From the NCBI GenBank assembly GCA_028826165.1, contig JAPDFW010000111.1, positions 62,001 through 126,000 of the forward strand: a DNA stretch of 64,000 nt, read 5' to 3'. Of the stretch, positions 43,801-56,339 are shown piece after piece. This DNA is from Anaeramoeba ignava BMAN. Taxonomy: Eukaryota; Protista; Anaeramoebae. The notes beneath the pieces were generated by a model that saw only the letters and a program-made list of their open reading frames with translations, was not told where the DNA came from and ran no database searches. The position numbers and the translations under genes are program-made. Position 1 is the stretch's first letter; every line of letters starts with the position of its first letter.

Positions 43801-46800
43801 TTGAATAATATTCCTCTTTTAAATCATAAAGAGTATCATCTGATACTTGTTCATCTTGATCATAAATATTCATATTTGGTGGTTTTTCAAAATCATATTC
43901 GTTATTCATTTTATCTTCTGAGTTTTGATCATTAAAATGTAGTTCATCTTGAGGATCTTCTAAATAAGAAAAGGTTTCTGAATCATTTTGTGAATTTTCC
44001 TCAAGATTTGAATTTAATGAAGAATTATTTGGAGCATCAGAATCTTTTTCTTCAATATCATTGTTTTGTGAATCTATAAATTCATCAATTTTTTCAAATT
44101 CTATAACAGTATCTTCCATATTCAAAACATGTTTACTATCATCAAAATTTTGACTTTCGTTTTGACTTTCATTTTGACTTTCATTTTCATTTTCAATTTC
44201 ATTTTCAATTTCTTTTTCATTTTCAATTTCTTTTTCATTTTCAATTTCAATTTCCTTTTCATTTTGACTTTGATTTTGACTTTGACTTTGATTTTGATTT
44301 TGATTTTGATTTTCATAAAATTTTATCGTTTTTTGGAGAAATTTTGGATTGTTTTTTAAAAATTCTTCTTGATATTCCTCAATTAATGAAAGGAAAATTT
44401 GTAATTGTTCATAATTGATTTTATCTTTGTTAACTAAATAACCAAATTTTGATTTGAATTCACAATATTTTTCAAACAAAATATTCAAGCCACCTTTATC
44501 AATTTCAAATCCAATCATAGTAGGAAGAAAATCATTTCCAAGAAACAAACAAACAAAAATAAAATCATCAATCAATCTTTCGAAATCATTTTTAACAAGA
44601 TCCAATTTTTCTTGGAAATCAAAAATTAAATATTCTCTCAATAAATTGATAAAAATGAACTGATATTTTTCTTGATTTGTTTTTGATTGAAGTTTCAAAT
44701 TTTTAAAATAGTTTCCGCTATAAATGTTTGAAATTAAAACAATATTTTTATGATGAGTTGCTAATGATAAAAGAACCATATCTGAATCAGGAGAATAAAT
44801 ACAATAAGTATCATTTATTGAATAATCATTTGATTGTTTTTTCAATTTAATATCATCAAATATCTTGTGTTCTCCTTCGCCAGGAACAGAAGAATTACTG
44901 AAAACTACTTTGATTTTTTGCCAAAGAGGATGATTATTGATTTTTTCTCGAATTAAGTATTCAATTGATTTATCTAATTTTTTCATAAATTGAGTTCCTG
45001 GAGTGATTGAATTTGGATCAAATTTTAGTTTTTGGATTCTTGGATTTTTTGGGTTTAATTTTGCTTTTTGAACAGAAGCAAATCGTCTTTCTCTTTGTTC
45101 TTTTAATTTTGCAAGAGGTGAAATACCTAAATCAATTCAAATCAATTAAAAAAAAATTTAAATCAATTCAATTAAACAATTTAAATCAATTCAATTAAAT
45201 CAAAATTTAAAATTTAATTTAATATTTAATTTAATATTTAATTTAATATTTAATTTAATATTTAATTTAATATTTAATTTAATATTTAATTTAAAATTTA
45301 ATTTTTAATATTTAATATTTAATTTAATATTTAATTTTTAATATTTAATTTAATGTTTAATTCAATTCAATTCAATTCAATTCAATATTTAATTCAATTC
45401 AATTCAATTCAATTCAATTTAATATTCAATTCAATTTAATATTTAATTTAATATTTAATCTTAATTTAATATTTAATTTAATATTTAATTTAATATATTT
45501 AATTCAATATTTAATTCAATATTTAATATTTAAATTCAATTCAATATTCAATTCAATTTAATATTTAATATTCAATTCAATTTAATTTTAATATTTAATA
45601 TTCCATTCAATTCAATATTCAATTCAATATTCATTCAATTCAATATTTACTAAATTAAATTTATTCAAATTCATTCAATTCAATTCCAATTCAATTTCAA
45701 ATATTCCAATTCAATATTCAATTCAATTTAATTCAATTCAATTCAATTCCATTCCAATTCAATTCGATTCGATTCAATTCGATTCAATTCAATTCAATTC
45801 AATTCATTTTTATTCAATATTCAATATTCAATTCAATTTATTAAATTTAATAAATATTCAATATTTAATATTTTATTATTTAAATATTATTCAATATTCA
45901 ATTTCAATTCGATTAATTCGATTTAATTATTCAAATTCATATTAAATATTCATTCCAATTCAATTCGAATTATTTCAATTTAATTCAATTCAATTCCAAT
46001 TCTATTCAATTCAATTCCAATTCAATTCAATTCCATTCAATATTTATTTAATATTTATTATTCAATTCAATATTTAATATTCACCAAATATTCATTCAAT
46101 TCAATATTTAATATTTTTCCAATTTAATATTTTCAATTCCAATTATTCAATTTCAATTCAATTCAATATTTAATTCAATTCAATTCAATATTTAAATATT
46201 CAATTTAATATTCAATTCAATTCAATTCAATTCAATATTCAATTAATTGATTCCAATTTCAATATTATTCAATTTAATTTAATTCAATTCAAATTCAATT
46301 TTAATATTCGATTCAATATTATTATTCAATTTTAATATTTCAATTCAATTCAATTCAATTTAATATTCAATTTAATTTCAATTCAATTTCAATTCAATTT
46401 AATTCAATTCAATTCGAATTTAATATTCAATTCAATATTCAATTCAATTCAATTCAATTCAATTCAATGTTAATATTCAATTCAATATTCAATTCAATTT
46501 TTATTCAAATTCAATATCAATATTCAATTCAATATTCAATTCAATATTCAATTCATTCCATTTTAATATTCAATTCAATTTAATATTAATTCAATTCAAT
46601 TCAATATTCAATTCAATTTAATATTTAATTTAATTCAATTTAATATTTAATTTAATATTCAATTCAATATTCAATTCAATTATTTAATATTCAATATTCA
46701 ATTTAATATTCAATTCAATATTTAATTCAATTTAATTCAATTTAATTCAATTCAATTCAATTCAATTCAATTCAATTCAATTTAATATTTAATTCAATAT

Positions 46801-47363
46801 TCAATTCAATTCAATTCAATATTCAATTCAATTCAATTCAATTCAATATTCAATTCAATTCAATTCAATATTCAATTTAATTCAATTCAATTCTATTCAA
46901 TAATTTTTTTTCAATTAAAAATTAAATTAAAAAATTTTTCTCAATTAAAATTAAAATAAAATTTAATTAAAAATTTAAAAAAGAAATGTAAATTTAATTA
47001 CCATCAAATCCAAGATATAATTCTTTCTTAGGTTCAATTAATTCTACTAAATTTATTATTGAATTTAAAACTTCTCTAATGATGTCATCTTCAGAAATAT
47101 AAAAAAAAGGATTAATTTCTTTTTCTTCTGGATGTGAAACTTGATGTACAATTGCATTTAAATCAATATAAAAATAATCTTTAAAAAAAAGAAAATAATT
47201 TTAAATTTAATTTAATTTAATTAAAAAAATTTTTTTTCTTTCATTTTCTTTTTTAATTTTAATTTTAATAAATCAAACCAATATCTGGTTGAATAAATCC
47301 AACTGATTGAAAAATAGCTGGATATCTTTTTTTTAAAGTTGAAATAAAACGAAAAATTCCCAT
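40855..47363 (-). CDS. XRN1: 5'-3' exoribonuclease XRN1-like
   Basis: MGIFRF (ATG 47363), YIDLNAIVH, LGFDGISPLAKLKEQRERRF, FNSITPGTQFM, PGEGEHKI, SPDSDMVLL, LGNDFLP, SWDWQYPY and C-terminal KOW/SH3-like VLFENEFVGA. Frameshift in the NQ tract near 41340-41415. Confidence 0.92.
45128..47001 (-). repeat. XRN1 intron filled with degenerate (ttcaa)n / (tttaatat)n satellite
   Basis: About 1.9 kb of simple repeat between exon boundaries. Confidence 0.8.
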
Positions 47364-47528
47364 TTTTAATAAAATTGTTTTTTTAAAAGAAAAAATGAAA
47401 AATGAAAAAAATAAAAAGAAAAATAAAAATAAAAAGTGGAATGTTTTTTATTTCAAAAATAAGAAATGATTTAATTTATTTAAATATTAAAAATTTTATT
47501 TTAAAATTTTATTATTAAAAATTAAAAA

Positions 47529-49870
47529 TTAAAATCTTTTTTTTCTTGAAATAAATTTTAAATCTTCATCTTCTTCTGAACTTCCATCTTGTTGAACATA
47601 ATAAGCAACATTTCCTTCAACAACTCTAATTCTTCTTCTTGTTTTTTTACCTTTTTTTTTTAAAAATTCCTTATATTTTTGTTGTTTTTGATAAATTGTT
47701 AAATTTGGATCAGAAAAAAAATCAAATTCTTCAATTTTTTCATTTTTTTCTTCTTCTTCTTTTGTTTTCCAAAATGTACAATTTTCAAATCCAAAAGATA
47801 CTCCATCAAGTATTAATTTAACTATAACTCTTGCTGTATTTTTTGCATCATCAAAACCTGAATGAAAATTTCCTTCCATTTCAATTTCCATTTCTTTAAT
47901 CATACTATAAAAAATTTTTATCCGATTTTAATTTTAATTTTAATTTTAATTTTAATTTTAATTTTAATTTTAATTTTAATTTTAATTTTAATTTTAATTT
48001 TAATTTTATAAATGAATTTTAATTTTAAAATGAATTTTAATTTTAATTTTAATTTTAATTTTAAATTTAATTTTAATTTTAAATTTAATTTTAAATTTAA
48101 TTTTAATTTTATTTTATAAATGAATTTTAATTTTAATTTTATAAATGAATTTTAATTTTAATTTTAAAAATTTTAATTTTAATTTTAATTTTAATTTTAA
48201 TTTTAATTTTAATTTTAATTTTAATTTTAATTTTAATTTTAATTTTAATTTTGATTTTAATTTTAATTTTAATTTTAATTTTAATTTTAATTTTAATTTT
48301 AATATCTACTTTTTTAAAGATTTTGGATTATTAAATCCATAAAAATCAGAATAAATTTTTTGTAAATCAATCCATTTATTAAAATAAGAAGGTCTTTTAA
48401 TATTTTTTTCAACTTTTAATTGAGATTCAAGAAGAGTTTCAAAATCATTATCACTACAAGTTAAAAAAACCCAATTTCCAATAACATTTTTATCTTTATC
48501 TAAAAATTCATTTTCAATTAACCATTTCTCAAATAATTCTAAAACTTTTGGAAATTTTGGAGCAAAATCTACTTGTTGCTTTTGAATTAAAAGATTTCAA
48601 TTAAAAGATTTCAATTAAAAGATTTGAATTAAAAGATTTGAATTAAAAGATTTGAATTAAAAGATTTGAATTAAAAATAAAAATTTGAATTAAAAGATTT
48701 GATTTAAAAATTTGAATTAAAAAAATTTTTAAATTAAAAATTTCAATTAAAAAATTTCAATTAAAAAATTTGAATTAAAAGATTTAAATTAAAAAATTTG
48801 AATTAAAAGATTTAAATTAAAAGATTTAAATTAAAAGATTTGAATTAAAAGATTTAAATTAAAAAATTTAAATTAAAAGATTTGAATTAAAAGATTTAAA
48901 TTAAAAAATTTGAATTAAAAGATTTGAATTAAAAGAAATTTGAATTAAAAGATTTGAATTAAAAGATTTGAATTAAAAAATTTGAATTAAAAAATTTGAA
49001 TTAAAAAATTTAAATTAAAAGATTTGAATTAAAAAATTTGAATTAAAAATTGAATTAAAAAATTTGAATTAAAAAATTTGAATTAAAAGATTTGAATTAA
49101 AAGATTTGAATTAAAAAATTTCAATTAAAAAATTTGAATTAAAAGATTTGAATTAAAAGAAATTGAATTAAAAAATTTGAATTAAAAGATTTCAGTTAAA
49201 AGAAATTGAATTAAAAAATTTGAATTAAAAAATTTGAATTAAAAGATTTGAATTAAAAGATTTCAATTAAAAGATTTCAATTAAAAGATTCGAATTAAAA
49301 GATTTGAATTAAAAGAAATTGAATTAAAAAATTTCAATTAAAAGATTTGAATTAAAAAATTTGAATTAAAAAATTTGAATTAAAAGATTTGAATTAAAAA
49401 ATTTAAATTAAAAGAAATTGAATTAAAAGAATTTGAATTAAAAGATTTAAATTAAAAGATTTGAATTGAAAGAAATTGATAAGAAATACTTGAGTTATTC
49501 CAGTTAAAGATGTACAAAATTTTGAAATTTTTTGATTAGAAATTGGTTGAACTAAATTAATTAAAAATTAAAAATTAAAAATTAAATTGAAAAAATATAA
49601 AAATTTTTTGTTTAAAAAAAAAATTAACCATAAGAATGAAAAAATCCTTCAATCATTAAATTTTGTGTATTTAAAATAACAACAGGAAATTCTATAATTT
49701 CAGGTTCATAAATTTCATAACCACACTTTAAATAAAATTAGAAAATTAAAAATTTAAATTTAAAAAAATTAAATTAAAATTGAATTTGAATTTGAATTGA
49801 AATAATTAAATGTTTTTTTTACTGTTGCTTCAAAATCTAAAATTAAAATTTTTTCAATAATAGAATTCAT
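47529..49870 (-). CDS. ERI1-family DEDDh 3'-5' exoribonuclease
   Basis: ILDFEAT|C...EIIEFP...VQP...SKFCTSLTGITQ|QQVD...WIDLQKIY...HSGFDDAKN across five exons; ATG at 49870. Confidence 0.9.
48581..49489 (-). repeat. Intron filled with a 14-bp (tttgaattaaaaga) satellite
   Basis: Tandem units between ERI1-like exons. Confidence 0.85.
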
Positions 49871-49962
49871 TTTTAAAAAAGCAAAAAAAAAATGAAAAAA
49901 AAAAAAGCAAAAAAAAATAATTTTTTTAATTTCATTTTTTTCCTTTTTATTTTTTAAAGAAA

Positions 49963-52869
49963 ATGAATGATTCAGAAACTAATTTAACAAAGTTTATTCA
50001 AGTTTCAAAAATTTTACAAAATCTTTCACAAAAATCTTTAACTAGAATTAGATCAAAATTCAAACAAATAAGAAAAATTCTTTCTGAACCAATTAATTTA
50101 TATAAAATTTATCAAAATTCATTTGATTTAAATCCTCTTATTGATTTACTTCAAAATTTAAAAGATTCTGATTTGAAAGATGAAAAAATTCATTTTACTT
50201 TAAATCGTTTTTTACTTGAATCTGATTTGAATATTTCTTTTTATTATTTAATTCATATTTTAGCTTCTTCACCAAATACAATTGAAATTGAAAATGAAAA
50301 TGAAAATGAAAATGAAAATGAAAATGAAAATGAAAATGAAAATGAAAACGAAAATCAAAACGAAAATGAAAATCAAAATGAAAATGAAAATCAAAATCAA
50401 AATCAAAATGAAAATCAAAATCAAAATCAAAATCAAAATCAAAATCAAAATCAAAATCAAAATGAAATTGAAAATAATGAAAATTTAAATCAAATTGAAA
50501 ATGAAAATAAAATTCCAAATAAAATTCCAAATAAAAATCCAATTGAAAATTCAAAATTATATAAAATCGAAATCAAATTTCAAAATGAAAATCAAAATCA
50601 AATTGAAAATGAAATTGAAAATGAAAATGAAAATCAAAATGAAATCGAAATCAAATTTCAAAATGAAAATCAAAATGAAATTGAAAATGAAATTGAAAAT
50701 CAAAATCAAATTTCAAAATGAAAATCAAAATCAAATTGAAAATGAAATTGAAAATGAAATTGAAAATGAAATTGAAAATGAAATTGAAAATCAAAATCAA
50801 ATTGAAAATCAAAATCAAAATAAAAATCAAAATCAAATTAAAAATCAAAATGAAAATTTAAATCAAAATAAAATCGAAAATAAAATTGAAAATCAAATTG
50901 AAAATCAAAATCAAAATCAAAATCAAAATCAAAATCAAAATCAAAATCAAAATCAAATTGAAAATCAAAATAAAATTGAAAATCAAAATCAAAATCAAAA
51001 TCAAAATCAAATCAAATTGAAAATCAAATTGAAAATCAAATTGAAAATCAAAATGAAAATCAAAATGAAAATCAAATTGAAAATCAAAATAAAAATCAAA
51101 ATGAAAATCAAAATAAAATTGAAAATCAAATTGAAAATCAAAATAAAATTGAAAATCAAAATAAAATTGAAAATCAAAATCAAAATCAAAATCAAAATAA
51201 AATTGAAAATCAAAATCAAAATCAAAATAAAATTGAAAATCAAAATCAAAATCAAAATCAAAATCAAATTGAAAATCAAAATAAAATTGAAAATCAAAAT
51301 AAAATTGAAAATCAAAATCAAAATCAAAATCAAAATCAAATTGAAAATCAAAATCAAAATAAAATTGAAAATCAAAATAAAATTGAAAATCAAAATCAAA
51401 ATCAAAATAAAATTGAAAATGAAAATAAAATTCCAAATGAAATTGAAATTCAAAATAAAATTCAAAATCAAAATCAAATTGAAATTAAAAATAAAGTGGA
51501 AAATGAATTTGAATTCGAAATTGAAAATGAAATTTATTCCTCAAAAAAAATCCATTTAACAAAAGTTCTTTGGTTTTTAGAACAAAATTCTGAAGTTGAA
51601 AAAGATATCCAATTAGTTTCTCAAATAATAGGAATTAGATTTGTTTTGATCAAAGATTTCAAACATTCACCAGAAGAAATTTTCAGAAAATATTTCAAAA
51701 ATAGTTATTCTGGAATGATTAGAGTGATAATTTCATCACCAAAATTTTATGAATTAATACTATCAATTCAACACAGTTCCAAAAAAGTTTCATTTCCAAC
51801 TTTGATATTTGATCCAGAAGATGGATTCAAATCAAAATACACACATTTTTTTGATAATCTCAAAAATATTTGGAAAACAAATAATTTTGTTACTTTGAAA
51901 AAATATTGTTCATTCAAAAAAATTATTCACAAGAAAAATTACAATTTTTTCATTGAAAAATTAAACTTAATAATTCAACGCGTTCATGATAAGGAAAAGA
52001 GGAAAATAATACCAAAAACAAAAATTAGAGATAAATTAAGGGATATTTCTAAGCTCAATTTTAACAGAGTTTCTTTAAATACTTCAACAAAACCACAAAA
52101 TTTGAAAAATGTTGATTTAGTTTATTCAAATGAAGAAAAAGAAATCAAAATTGAAGACGATTTTCAGAAACAAACGAAAAAACTATCAATAAATTATGAA
52201 AGCTTTTTGTTTCTTTTCACAGAACTTCTAGATATGCTTAAAAGTATTTCTCAAGAATTAAATCAAGAAAATCCAAATATCAAGCAAATTGAAAAGATTG
52301 TTAACATGATAATCCAAAATTCACTTCATTATTCAACAACAACATCACTTGAATCATTCTGTAATTTGACTCATCAAATCACAATAAATAAGCCTCAAAT
52401 ATTCTGGATTGATTTACCGCATCAAGACAACAAGAATATTTCTGAATATTTGCAAAAATACGGAATCAAAACTTATTTTCCTCCAACAAAAATGGAAAAA
52501 ATAGACAACAAAAATATGGAAGTTGTTGATATCCAAACTGCAAAAGCTGATGTTCTTGCCTGGTTTTGTGATCATGATGTGCAAATTTTTGATAATCCAA
52601 CTTTTTTTATTGATAAATATCAATCTTTTAACAAAAAGTGTCAAAATTATCAACTCAATGAATTCTCACTTAGATTTGTTTCAAATAGTCATACTTGCTA
52701 TCCAATGCTTTCCTTTTTGAGGAGAATTCTTTTTTCTAATGCTCCTTTCTTGATTTATTGCAGTAAAAATTCGGCTAATTCACAAAGAGTTCAATCTTGT
52801 TTATCTTCTTTTTCAAATGTTTGGATTACTTGGCACTTACAAATTGCTAGAAAATTTATGTTGATGTGA
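49963..52869 (+). CDS. Hypothetical protein with a long N/Q/E tract (frameshifts inside the tract)
   Basis: ORFs 49963-50721 and 51496-52869 flank a low-complexity tract. No domain recognised. Confidence 0.55.
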
Positions 52870-52975
52870 TTTCGTTCCTCTTTTTTTCCTTTCAAAAAAA
52901 CAAAAATCCAAAAAATTAAAAAAAAAAACTCAAAAAAACTTTTTTTCATTTTTTTCATTTTTTTTTCTTTTTAAA

Positions 52976-54892
52976 ATGTCAAATGAAAATAAAAATCAAA
53001 ATTTAAATCAAAATCAAAATCAAAATTTAAATCAAAATCAAAATTTAAATGAAAATAAAAATCAAAATGAAAATGAAAATCAAAATCAAAATCAAAATGA
53101 AAATCAAAATGAAAATCAAAATGAAAATCAAAATTTAAATGAAAATCAAAATGAAAATTTAAATGAAAATGAAAATGAAAATGAAAATCAAAATCAAAAT
53201 CAAAATCAAAATCAAAATCAAAATCAAAATCAAAATCAAAATCAAAATCAAATTCAAAATCAAAATCAAAATCAAAATCAAAATCAAAATGAAAATGAAA
53301 ATCAAAATCTAAATCAAAATTTAAATGAAAATCATAATGAAAATTTAAATGAAAATCAAAATCAAAATCAAAATCAAAATCAAATTCAAATTCAAAATCA
53401 AAATCAAAATCAAATTCAAAATCAAAATAATTCATTAGAATTACAAGAAAAATTAAAAGAATTACAACAAAATTATCTTAATATTCAAAAGGAAAATCAA
53501 AAACTTAAAGAAAACTCTCCAACTCATAAATTAGAATTAAAAATTAAAAATTTGGAAAACTATTTGCAACAAATCGAACAAGAAAAAACAAGAATTGAAA
53601 CAGAAAAAACTTCACAACAAAATAAAATTATGGAATTTGAAGAAAAAATTGGTCAAATTGGAATTCAACTTGCACAAAAAAATCAAGAAGTCGATGATTT
53701 GGAAAAAAAATTAAATCACTTTAAAATTCTTCTTAAAAAAGCTAATGATCATATCCAAGAATTGAAAAAAAAAAACGAATCAAAAAATTCTGAATCAAAT
53801 TCATTGAATCAAAATTATCAAGAATTGAAAAAGAAAAATGAGGATTTGGAAGCCAAACTAGAAACATTTACAAAATCAAAAACAGAAGAAAAGGAAGAAA
53901 TTATAAAATATCAAGATGAATTGAATCAACAAAAAGAATTAGTCAATCAACTTCAATTCAAAACGCAAAATTTTGAAGAAGAAATCAAAAAAAAGGATTT
54001 AATGATCCAAAATTTAGAATCAATCAACAAAAAACAAGAAGAAGATTTTACAGCTTATAAATCACGTGCTCAAATTGCTCTTGCTCAAAAAATGGAAGAA
54101 AATAGCCAAGCAAACAAGCCCAATCCAGAAATGGAATATTTCAAACAAGAAATCCAAGAATTGAATCAAAAAATCAAAAAAATTCAAACACTTAATGAAA
54201 AACTCCAGAAAAAACTTCAGAAAAAACAAATCCAATTCGAATCAAATATCCCTCAAATTTCTTCCACAGAAAACAAGGAATATGAAAAGAAAATTAAGCA
54301 AATCGAAACTCAATGGTCTCAAAAATACGACCAATTAAGTCAAGAAAGAGAAAATTTAACAAAACTTCATTTAAAAAAAAACCAAGAAATGAATTTCAAA
54401 CACAAAAAAATTCTCGATGAAATGACTAAGCAAATCCAAGAATTGCAACAAGAAAAATTCTCAATTTCACAAAACCATGAAAATCAAAAATCACAAAATG
54501 AAATGACTATTCAAAATTTAAACAATGAAATCCAATCTCTTAAAAAACAAAACCAAGAACTACTTTCAGAATCTCAATTAAAATTCTCAAAACAAATTTT
54601 TCAAAATCAAAATGAAAATCAAAATGAAAAAAATAAAACAATTTTAATTCAAAAACCTAAAGAATCTCCAAACCAAACTTTAATTAATTCAGGAAATCAA
54701 TCCAAAACTAAAGAAATTAAATTTGATCCAACTCAATTTAATTATTTGAAAAACATTATTATGCAATATATGATGGATAATGAACAGCATGAAAAACTAA
54801 TTCCTGTAATTGCTGCTCTTTTGAAATTAACCAAGAAAGATCTTCAAAAAATTGAAGATGCAAGATCTAAAAAAGGATGGGGATTTTGGTGA
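52976..54892 (+). CDS. GRIP-domain golgin
   Basis: Long coiled coil ending NYLKNIIMQYM...LIPVIAALLKLTKKD...KKGWGFW. Confidence 0.85.
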   Translation: MSNENKNQNLNQNQNQNLNQNQNLNENKNQNENENQNQNQNENQNENQNENQNLNENQNENLNENENENENQNQNQNQNQNQNQNQNQNQNQIQNQNQNQNQNQNENENQNLNQNLNENHNENLNENQNQNQNQNQIQIQNQNQNQIQNQNNSLELQEKLKELQQNYLNIQKENQKLKENSPTHKLELKIKNLENYLQQIEQEKTRIETEKTSQQNKIMEFEEKIGQIGIQLAQKNQEVDDLEKKLNHFKILLKKANDHIQELKKKNESKNSESNSLNQNYQELKKKNEDLEAKLETFTKSKTEEKEEIIKYQDELNQQKELVNQLQFKTQNFEEEIKKKDLMIQNLESINKKQEEDFTAYKSRAQIALAQKMEENSQANKPNPEMEYFKQEIQELNQKIKKIQTLNEKLQKKLQKKQIQFESNIPQISSTENKEYEKKIKQIETQWSQKYDQLSQERENLTKLHLKKNQEMNFKHKKILDEMTKQIQELQQEKFSISQNHENQKSQNEMTIQNLNNEIQSLKKQNQELLSESQLKFSKQIFQNQNENQNEKNKTILIQKPKESPNQTLINSGNQSKTKEIKFDPTQFNYLKNIIMQYMMDNEQHEKLIPVIAALLKLTKKDLQKIEDARSKKGWGFW

Positions 54893-54964
54893 TTAATTTT
54901 TAAAGAAAACATTTTAATTTTAATTTTTTCCCATTTAAAAAACAATAAAAATTTTTCAAAGCAT

Positions 54965-55950
54965 TTCAAAAATAAGAATAGATTTAAATTTAATATTTAA
55001 TTTATAAATTAATTTAAAAATATAATTTCTAAATGAATTTTATTATTAAAATAATAATTTTATGTTTTAGATTTAAATATTTTATTATTTAAATATTTAA
55101 CATAAAAATATAAAAAATAAGAATAGATTTAATTTAATATTTAATTTATAAAATAATTTAAAAATATAATTTAATATTTAAATCTATGTTTAAAATAATA
55201 ATTTATTGTTTTAGATTTAAATATTTTATTATTTAAATATTTAACATATAAATATAAAAATGAAAATTGATTTAATTTAATATTTAATTTATTAATTAAT
55301 TTAAAAATATAATTTAATATTTAATTTTATTATTAAAATAATAATTTAATGTTTTAGATTTAAATATTTTATTATTTAAATATTTAACATAAAAATATAA
55401 AAATGAAAATAGATTTAATTTAATATTTAATTTATAAAATTAATTTAAAAATATAATTTAATATTTAATTTTATTATTAAAATAATAATTTATTGTTTTA
55501 AATTTAAATATTTTATTATTTAAATATTTAACATAAAAATATAAAAATGAAAATAGATTTAATTTAATATTTAATTTATAAATTAATTTAAAAATATAAT
55601 TTAATATTTAATTTTATTATTAAAATAATATTTTAATGTTTTAGATTTAAATATTTTATTATTTAAATATTTAGCATATAAATATAAAAAATAAGAATAG
55701 ATTTAATTTAATATTTAATTTATAAATTAATTTAAAAATATAATTTATTTAATTTTATTATTAAAATAATAATTTATTGTTTTAAATTTAAATATTTTAT
55801 TATTTAAATATTTAACATAAAAAATATAAAAATAGATTTAATTTAATACTTAATTTATAAATTAATTTAAAAATATAATTTAATATTTAATTTTATTATT
55901 AAAATAATAATTTATTGTTTTTATATTTAAATATTTTATTATTTAAAAAT
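54965..55950. repeat. Tandem array of about 7 copies of a ~143-bp unit
   Basis: The unit aatagatttaatttaatatttaatttata...gttttagatttaaatattttattatttaaatatttaacata recurs at ~143-bp intervals. Confidence 0.85.
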
Positions 55951-56339
55951 ATTTTGAAAATTGATTTTTGAAATTAAAATTTTATCTTTTTGAATTAAAT
56001 TGAATTAATATTAATTTGGAAATTTGTTTTAAAATTTAAATTTATTAATAATTTTTAAATTCCAAAAAAAAAAATTAAATTAAAAATTAAATTAAAATAA
56101 TTTTCCTTTTTTTTTAATAAAAAAAATTAATAAAAAATAATAATAATTTATTAATAAATTAATTTAAAATAATAAATTAAAAAGAAAATTAAATTAATTA
56201 TTAATTTAAATTTTTCTTTATTTTAAATTTTTATTTATTTTCAAAATTCATTTTTATTCATTTTTATTTAAATTTTTCATTTTTCCTTTTTAAAAAACAA
56301 AAACAAAAACAAAAACAAAAACAAAAACACAAAAACAAA

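Noticed and set aside
40855-49870. XRN1 and ERI1-like genes as a functional RNA-decay cluster
   Set aside because: Two adjacent genes in a gene-dense genome, with no shared regulatory evidence visible.
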